A stretch of DNA of 64,000 nucleotides from an uncultured Actinomycetota bacterium (GTDB lineage Bacteria > Actinomycetota > Actinomycetes > Propionibacteriales > Nocardioidaceae), in the NCBI GenBank assembly GCA_963843775.1, contig CAWJLT010000012.1, positions 954,223 to 1,018,222 of the forward strand, given 5' to 3'. Positions 58,259 to 64,000 of the stretch are shown here, one piece after another. The notes below the pieces were generated by a model, which did not search any database, was not told the DNA's origin, and saw only the letters and a list, made by a program, of their open reading frames with translations. Within the stretch, counting starts at the first letter, position 1. Each line of letters opens with the position of its first letter. The position numbers and the translations under genes are program-made.

Positions 58259-59446
58259 TCAGCGGTCCGGACCGTAGAGCCCGAAGTGCAGCGCCGGGTC
58301 CGTCGGGTCCCAGGTCCGGCTGAACTGCGATCGTGCGCCCATCTCGCAGACACGGCTGAGGAGGTCCTCGCCCAGGGCGATGCGGTCCGGCTCCCAGGCC
58401 GCGAGGGCCTTGGCGACGTCGTCCTCCTGCGAGAGGGCGCTCGCCAGCGCCCACGCGTCGGCCGCGGCCTTGGCCGTGCCGGCAGCGGCATGCGGACGCG
58501 CGGCGAAGGCGGCGTCACCCAGGAGAGCAACCCGGTTGAAGGCCATCTGTGGCACGGCGATGTCGAGCACGGGCTGGATGTAGGGGTGTTCGGTACTCAC
58601 CACCAGCTCTGCCGCTGCGGGGGGCAGATCAGCGACGGCCCGTTGCTTGAGCTCCGCGACGTACCGGTCCTGGACGCCCCCGGGATGGACCGAGACCGTG
58701 GCCTCGAAGCCCCGCTTGTCGGTCAACATCTCCGACAGCTCGGGCCCCTCGGGCACGTTGCGGTACCAGACGAAGTTCAGCAGTCGCCTGCCCCGGTCCA
58801 GCTCGCCACCGATCCCTGGAATGGGGTACATGCAGATGTGCGACTGGTCTGCCACCGCGTACGTGAGCGCGTCGTGCAGCAGTCGAGCCGTCTCGGTGGA
58901 GACCTCGTCCTCGGCGACCGTCCCGCGCCACCCCACGTAGCCGGAGTAGCGAGGACGCACGTGCGGGAGCAGACGTCGCCGCCCGGTCGAGGAGATCCCG
59001 TCGGCGAAGACGACGAGGTCCGCCCGCTCGCGGCGGCCGCTGACGAACCGGAGGTCCACGCCCTCGTCATCCTGCTGCAGGCCCACGGCGAACTCCCCGA
59101 GGTGGTAGCACTCGGTGCCGAAGTCGCGGAGCAGCGTGCGGTACAGGGTCTGCCACGAGCTGAACCGCCAGGCGGCGGGCTCCTCGTGCACGACGCTGTT
59201 GTTCTCGCCGAGGTAGCGGAGCACCGAGGACCCGATGCTGACGTCCTCGACGGCGATGTCCTCGTGCCGCTCGGTGATCCACCGGACCGTGTCGGGCTGA
59301 AGCACGATGCCGGCGCCCCGTCCGTCGAGCAGCGCCGGGGTCCGCTCGAACAGGTCGACGTGGAAGCCCAGCTCCCGCAGGAGCAGTGCGCTCGTGAGAC
59401 CTCCGAAGGAGCCGCCCACCACGATCGCGCGCCGTTGCTCAGACAT
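58259..59446 (-). CDS. FAD-dependent aromatic-ring monooxygenase (PHBH-fold)
   Basis: AIVVGGSFGGLTSALLL is the GxGxxG motif. The DG fingerprint is GRGAGIVL. The C-terminal GD motif is LLGDAAFAARPHAAAG. Confidence 0.85.
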   Translation of the reverse strand: MSEQRRAIVVGGSFGGLTSALLLRELGFHVDLFERTPALLDGRGAGIVLQPDTVRWITERHEDIAVEDVSIGSSVLRYLGENNSVVHEEPAAWRFSSWQTLYRTLLRDFGTECYHLGEFAVGLQQDDEGVDLRFVSGRRERADLVVFADGISSTGRRRLLPHVRPRYSGYVGWRGTVAEDEVSTETARLLHDALTYAVADQSHICMYPIPGIGGELDRGRRLLNFVWYRNVPEGPELSEMLTDKRGFEATVSVHPGGVQDRYVAELKQRAVADLPPAAAELVVSTEHPYIQPVLDIAVPQMAFNRVALLGDAAFAARPHAAAGTAKAAADAWALASALSQEDDVAKALAAWEPDRIALGEDLLSRVCEMGARSQFSRTWDPTDPALHFGLYGPDR

Positions 59447-59641
59447 GCGGTGTACCGCCGTCCAGCGTCCTCGTCCGGGGGGTCTGGTCGGACAGGTCGT
59501 CTGTCCTGACGAGGAGGACGCCCCCGCCGGTGTTGTCGTCGTCCTGGTTCATGTGCCCACCCTGCGTCACGCGGGACCAGCAGAGCCATGTGTCCCGGCA
59601 CAGGTCTCACCGGGATTGCGGTGACGTGGCACAGTCAGCGC

Positions 59642-61465
59642 ATGGACAACCGAGAGGCCTCCGAACTGCGTCGCTGGCTCGAGGAGATCGCCGGGATCGC
59701 TGCTGCCGTGAACCGGCCGGTGTCGCTCGAGGCGCTGCTCGACCTGGTTGCCGCGACCGCGTCCCGACTGCTGGGCTACGACTTCTGCGCGGTCCTGCTG
59801 CCCGACGCCAGCGGCACCGCCCTGCTGATCGAGGGTTCCTACGGGTTGTCGAGCAGCTACGTGCAGCAGGTCAACGCCGACCACCCGGTCATGCTCGAGG
59901 CGGGGGGTGACACCCCCGCCCCGTCGAGCCGCGCCTACTTGTCGCACACCTCGGTGAAGGTCCTCGACACCGTCGCCGACACGACGTTCCTGCCCTGGGG
60001 CGGGGTGGCCCGGGAACAGGGATATCGCTCGATGATCTCGGTCCCACTTCTCGTCTCGGGCACCGCGCTCGGCACCCTGAACTGCTACAGCCGCGTGCGA
60101 CAGCAGTTCGGGCCACGCGAGACCGAGCTCCTCGACATGCTTGCCGACCAGGCCGGCGTGGCGATCGTGACGGCACGTCTGCGTGAACGGGAGGCGGCGA
60201 CCATCGACTCACTGCGTGAGCTCAACGCCTCGCTCACGGCCCAGCACGAGCTGCTGAGACAGCAGGAGGCGATCCACGAGCAGCTCACCTCGGTGGCCCT
60301 TCGGGGTGGTGGCGTCGACGGGGTCGCCCGCGCGCTCGCGGTGCTGCTCGAGCGGAGCGTGGCGGTGACCGACGAACCGTCCGGTGAGCTGATCGCCGAG
60401 GCCGGTGAGCACGAGGGCGCTCCCGCCGTACCGGCGGCCGACGCGGTCGTCGTGGGCCTGGACGGAGATCACAGGTCTGCGCACGAGGTCATCGTCGACG
60501 GGGACGAGCGGATGGTGGTGGCCCCGGTCCTCCTGGGGTCGGAGACGGTGGCCCGGATGTGGCTCCCCGGCATCCTCACCGACCTCTCCGCCCTGGACGT
60601 CAGGGCCCTCGAGCAGGCAGCCACCGTCTGTGCCCTGGAGCTGCTGCGGGGTCGCACGGCCCTGGAGGTGGAGTGGCGGCTCTCGGGGGAGGTCCTCACC
60701 GACCTCCTGACCGGCAACCCCGCGGCCGTCAGCACCTTGACCGAGCGGGCCCACCGCCTCGGCTACGACCTCTTCGCGCCCCATGCGGTCCTCGTGGCTG
60801 GTGCCCACGGCCCGGGAAGCGGGCCGACACCACAACGGGTGCTCTCCGTGGCTCGATCGCTCGCCTCCCGGTCGAGTCCACGTGCACTGGTCAACCTGGT
60901 GGGTGACGACGTCGTCGCACTGTGGCCGGCGTCCGACCCGGCCGAGCCCGCGGTCAGGGCCGAGGAGCTGAGGCGGTTGCTGCGGCGGGCTGACCCGGGC
61001 GCACGGGTGACGGTGGCGATCGCGCCCCCGTGCACGACGCTGGCCGACTACCCGGCAGCCTTCCGGCGGGCGAGGGGCGCCCTGGCGATGGCCCGGGTGC
61101 GCGACGTGGCTGACGGGGTGGTCTCGCTCGGCTCACTCGGGCTGCACGGGCTCCTTCTCCAGGTCGAGGACGTGGGGGAGCTCGTCCGGTTCGCCGACGA
61201 GATGCTGCGACCGCTGCGGGAGCAGGACGCGGCCCGCGGCACCGCCCTCGAGGAGACCCTGCGCGTCTACCTGGAGAACGACCTGAACACCGCGGCCACC
61301 GCGGCCCGGCTCTTCGTGCACGTCAACACCGTGGGTCTGCGTATCCGACGTGCCGAGCAGCTCCTCGGGATCTCCACCTCCCACGTCCTCACGCTGGCCG
61401 AGCTGCAGGTGGCGCTGAGCGCTGACCAGGTCGCGGCCGCCTCACCGGGCCTCGAGCGCCGGTGA
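59642..61465 (+). CDS. GAF-domain / PucR-family (CdaR-like) transcriptional regulator
   Basis: The N-terminal GAF-like segment reads LLGYDFCAVLLPDASG...SVPLLVSGTALGTLNCY. The C-terminal PucR HTH reads TLRVYLENDLNTAATAARLFVHVNTVGLRIRRAEQLLG. The start is at the 59642 ATG. Confidence 0.8.
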   Translation: MDNREASELRRWLEEIAGIAAAVNRPVSLEALLDLVAATASRLLGYDFCAVLLPDASGTALLIEGSYGLSSSYVQQVNADHPVMLEAGGDTPAPSSRAYLSHTSVKVLDTVADTTFLPWGGVAREQGYRSMISVPLLVSGTALGTLNCYSRVRQQFGPRETELLDMLADQAGVAIVTARLREREAATIDSLRELNASLTAQHELLRQQEAIHEQLTSVALRGGGVDGVARALAVLLERSVAVTDEPSGELIAEAGEHEGAPAVPAADAVVVGLDGDHRSAHEVIVDGDERMVVAPVLLGSETVARMWLPGILTDLSALDVRALEQAATVCALELLRGRTALEVEWRLSGEVLTDLLTGNPAAVSTLTERAHRLGYDLFAPHAVLVAGAHGPGSGPTPQRVLSVARSLASRSSPRALVNLVGDDVVALWPASDPAEPAVRAEELRRLLRRADPGARVTVAIAPPCTTLADYPAAFRRARGALAMARVRDVADGVVSLGSLGLHGLLLQVEDVGELVRFADEMLRPLREQDAARGTALEETLRVYLENDLNTAATAARLFVHVNTVGLRIRRAEQLLGISTSHVLTLAELQVALSADQVAAASPGLERR

Positions 61466-62764
61466 GCTGCCGGCCACGTCGGGACCGGGGGCGTGTCCGC
61501 GTCGGGTGGAGGTGGGCCGGGCGAGCAACGGTGCCGACCACAGCAGGGCGAGCATCACCAGCGCCGTGGAGGTCCGGCCCTGCTCGATCGCCGCACCCAT
61601 GAGCGGGGTCCCGACGACGATCAATGCGTTGGCCTGGCTGTTGAGGAGTCCCACGGCCGCGGCCGGTCGGTCAGGGCGTCGCGCCTGACCCGCGAGGATG
61701 ACCCCTGCGAAGGGGAGTCCGCTCAGCACGCCCAGAGTCAGCATCGCCAGCACGGCGATCCAGGAGGCCGACGGAAGCACCAGCGCCGCGGTGGCTGCCG
61801 AGCAACCCAGGAGCGAGATCACCGACAGGAGGCCGACCCGCTCGGGGAAGTGACGCGCCAGGTGCCCACCCAGGGGACGGCTCACCACGGACGAGCCCAG
61901 GATCACCGACCCTGTGAGCGCAGCAGCCCCACGGCTGAACCCCCACGAGTCCTCCAGGACGATCACCGCCCAGTTGCTCAGGACGACGCCGAGCCCGAGC
62001 GTGACCGCGTGCACGGCGGCCAGACGGTGCATCTCACCGTCACGCAGCAGTGAAGGTCGCGGGGCGGGCGGGTCAGGGGTGGTCGTCGTGCCTCGCGGTC
62101 CGGTGGGGTTGCCGGCCGGCAGCCGCACGACCACGAGCAGCGCAACCGCCGCGATCCCCGCGCTGGTCAGCCAGGCGGCGCGCCATCCCAGGGCGTACTC
62201 CGCGAGGGGCACCATCAGCACCGCCAGCCCGGAGGCGGCCAGGGCGACACCGCCGAAGACGCCCATCCCCGATGCCCCCGAGCCGCTGCTGCGGGCGAGC
62301 TCGGTCCCCGACACGAAGCAGACGGCGTACCCGACGCCGGCGATGGCGCGGCAGAGCAGGGCCAACCACAGCAGGGGAGTCGTCGAGGCGGCAAGGTGCG
62401 CCAGCACGACCAAGGAGAGCCCCAGAGCCGCCGCACTCCGTACTCCGACCCGGTCGACGAAGCTGCCTGCTGGCATCTGGAGCGCGGCGTAGGGAATCGC
62501 CAGTGCGGTGGTCATGAACCCGATCGCTACGAGTCCGACGTCATAACCCGCACCCAGGCCAGCAGCACCTGCCCCTGCGGCGGTCATCGCCCAGCCGGCC
62601 GAACCGCCCAGGAGGCACGCCAGGGCCAGCGTTGACCGCGCGGTGTGTGGGCCGATGGGTGGGCCGATGGGTGGGCCGATGGGTGGGGGAGTCTTCACGA
62701 CCTGCCGCTCCTCGTCCGGATGTGACGGAGCGGCCAGCATGTCCGTCGTGGATCGGGGGTGCAC
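61442..62764 (-). CDS. MFS transporter
   Basis: It has about 12 predicted helices and a motif-A-like GSFVDRVGVR. The N-terminal extension with (PPIG)3 may or may not be translated. The 3' end overlaps the convergent PucR gene by 24 nt. Confidence 0.8.
   Translation of the reverse strand: MHPRSTTDMLAAPSHPDEERQVVKTPPPIGPPIGPPIGPHTARSTLALACLLGGSAGWAMTAAGAGAAGLGAGYDVGLVAIGFMTTALAIPYAALQMPAGSFVDRVGVRSAAALGLSLVVLAHLAASTTPLLWLALLCRAIAGVGYAVCFVSGTELARSSGSGASGMGVFGGVALAASGLAVLMVPLAEYALGWRAAWLTSAGIAAVALLVVVRLPAGNPTGPRGTTTTPDPPAPRPSLLRDGEMHRLAAVHAVTLGLGVVLSNWAVIVLEDSWGFSRGAAALTGSVILGSSVVSRPLGGHLARHFPERVGLLSVISLLGCSAATAALVLPSASWIAVLAMLTLGVLSGLPFAGVILAGQARRPDRPAAAVGLLNSQANALIVVGTPLMGAAIEQGRTSTALVMLALLWSAPLLARPTSTRRGHAPGPDVAGSSPALEAR
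62647..62686. repeat. Three tandem 12-bp units GTGGGCCGATGG (plus a partial fourth) at the MFS 5' end
   Basis: The units read directly at 62647-62658, 62659-62670 and 62671-62682. On the minus strand they encode PPIGPPIGPPIGP. Confidence 0.85.
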
Positions 62765-62875
62765 TCACGTGTCCCGTCATGCTGCAACGCCGAGCGTGCC
62801 GCTGGGCATCAGTGCCACGCCGTCGCGACCGCCACAGAATGTGCGGAACCGCCACCGTTTCCTTGAGGAGGACAC

Positions 62876-64000
62876 GTGAGACTCGGATACTTCGCGATGC
62901 CGATGCACCCGCTGGGCCGTGCCTGGGCCGACACACTGCGTGAGGACCAGGAGGCGGTCGTGCTCGCGGACCGGTTGGGATTTCACGACGCCTTCATCGG
63001 TGAGCACCTGACCGACCAGTACGAGAACATCACGAACAGCCTCCTGTTCCTGGCCACCCTGATCCCGCAGACGACGCAGATCCGTCTGGGCACGGGCACC
63101 ACCAACCTGTCGCACCAGCACCCGGTCCTGGTCGCGGTGAACTCCGCCATGTTCGACCACTTGTCCGGTGGCCGGTTCATCCTCGGGGTCAGTCCCGGGG
63201 CCCTGCCCTCGGACGCAGAGGTGCTCGGCATCCTGGCCGAGGACCGCAACCAGATGTTCGGGGAGGCGGTGGACGTCATCACCCGCATGTGGCAGGACGA
63301 GGCGCCGTACGACATCGACCTGCCGGGCAACCGCTACAAGGTCACCACCGCCACGACGTTCGACGCCGCCAACGGGATCGGGATCGTTCCCCGGCCGCTG
63401 CAGACCCCGCGCCCGGAGATCGTGGGCACGGTCGTCGCGCCCTTCTCCAAGGGGGTCGTCGCCATGGGGTCGAAGGACTTCCACCCGTTGTCCGCGAACT
63501 TCCTGCTGCCGCAGTGGGTGGGCACGCACTGGCCCAACTACGTCCAGGGCAAGGAGTCGGTGGGGGAGCGCGCCTCGAGCGAGGACTGGCGAGTGGCGCG
63601 CACGATCTTCGTCTCCGACGACGCCGCCACGGCGGAGCGGTACGGCCGCGAGGACGCCGACAGCCCCTACCGGTTCTACTACAGCAAGATGCTCGCCAAG
63701 ATGCAGAAGCTCGGTCGGTTGGGCCTGTTCAAGACGCACCAGGACCAGCCTGACGAGGAGATCACGCTTGACTACGTGCTGGACAAGCTCGTGATCACCG
63801 GCACCCCGGACTCGGTGGCCGAGCAGGTGCTGGCGCTCCGGGAGGAGACCGGGGACTTCGGTGAGCTGGTCTATGCGGGCCTGGACTGGCTCGACGCCGA
63901 TCTGGGACGTCGCTCGATGGAGCTGATGGCCGAGCAGGTGATGCCTCGGGTCAACGAGGCCCTCGGCCGTGGTGACCGCCACCCGGCAGCGGTCGGTGCC
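62876..64000 (+). CDS. Luciferase-like (LLM-class) flavin-dependent monooxygenase, 3'-truncated by the window end
   Basis: It is not in the ORF track because it has a GTG start and no stop in the window. The GTG at 62876 is preceded by GAGGAGGA. My translation is VRLGYFAMPMHPLGRAWADTLREDQEAVVLADRLGFHDAFIGEHLTD...RFILGVSPGALPSDAEVLGI..., open to base 64000. Confidence 0.85.
   Translation, partial: MRLGYFAMPMHPLGRAWADTLREDQEAVVLADRLGFHDAFIGEHLTDQYENITNSLLFLATLIPQTTQIRLGTGTTNLSHQHPVLVAVNSAMFDHLSGGRFILGVSPGALPSDAEVLGILAEDRNQMFGEAVDVITRMWQDEAPYDIDLPGNRYKVTTATTFDAANGIGIVPRPLQTPRPEIVGTVVAPFSKGVVAMGSKDFHPLSANFLLPQWVGTHWPNYVQGKESVGERASSEDWRVARTIFVSDDAATAERYGREDADSPYRFYYSKMLAKMQKLGRLGLFKTHQDQPDEEITLDYVLDKLVITGTPDSVAEQVLALREETGDFGELVYAGLDWLDADLGRRSMELMAEQVMPRVNEALGRGDRHPAAVGA

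Noticed and set aside
62777-63982. 401-aa minus-strand ORF
   Set aside because: It is antisense to a clear LLM-class monooxygenase reading frame that starts at the GTG at 62876 with a strong RBS and stays open to the window end.
1-64000. Mobile elements, prophage, integrative islands, tRNA or rRNA genes
   Set aside because: - I found no transposase, integrase, recombinase or phage-structural translation in any frame.
- I found no tRNA-like cloverleaf or rRNA-like stretch in the intergenic regions I read.
- GC content looks uniform except for three short AT-rich promoter-like islands.

Overview
High-GC, actinobacterial-type chromosomal segment with about 65 protein genes. I saw no rRNA, tRNA, CRISPR array, transposase, integrase or phage genes. 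All family calls come from reading the translated ORFs; I ran no searches.

Gene content in order:
- 1-2.9 kb: acyl-CoA dehydrogenase, a flavodoxin-like protein and a membrane protein.
- 3.1-7.2 kb: an operon for two exported proteins with SipW/TasA-type signal peptides, one of them a 1177-aa Ig-repeat adhesin. An AT-rich promoter island and a 3+3 inverted array of 32-bp repeats lie upstream.
- 7.6-12 kb: hypoxia/dormancy-type genes (two divergent WS/DGAT acyltransferases, an AhpD-like protein, a tandem USP).
- 12-13.7 kb: a KhtT/KhtU-like K+/H+ antiporter pair.
- 15.8-24.3 kb: the most unusual locus. An ArsR/SmtB regulator sits divergent from a tightly coupled eight-gene operon resembling only the membrane arm of respiratory complex I (nuoA, a fused and degenerate NuoB/NuoD relic without Fe-S ligands, nuoH, J, K, L, M, N). 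nuoC, E, F, G and I are absent, and the operon contains Met/His-rich segments.
- 24.3-28.3 kb: an adjacent copper-type module (Tat multicopper oxidase, OmpR-type regulator, histidine kinase, SHOCT protein). It carries four frame disruptions within about 2.7 kb.
- 28.6-34.5 kb: a Ser/Thr kinase with a Lys-rich tail, then a glucose dehydrogenase / GntP / ZIP block.
- 34.6-44.1 kb: a second dormancy-like block (ppdK, Acg-type nitroreductase, SQR-like oxidoreductase, TusE/DsrC, DsrE, CYTH-CHAD). Near-identical DosR-like palindromes lie upstream of several of these genes.
- 44.1-53.3 kb: a LuxR remnant, then a GtrA / Ppm / GT-C glycosylation module with a two-component system, bracketed by two diverged membrane-protein paralogs, then DedA.
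- 53.6-64 kb: a small ANTAR protein, a ClC channel, a MarR-CBS-ArsB/NhaD operon, an FAD monooxygenase, a GAF-PucR regulator, an MFS transporter, and a partial LLM monooxygenase that is missing from the ORF track.

Many long ORFs in the six-frame track are alternate-frame artefacts of the high GC content.
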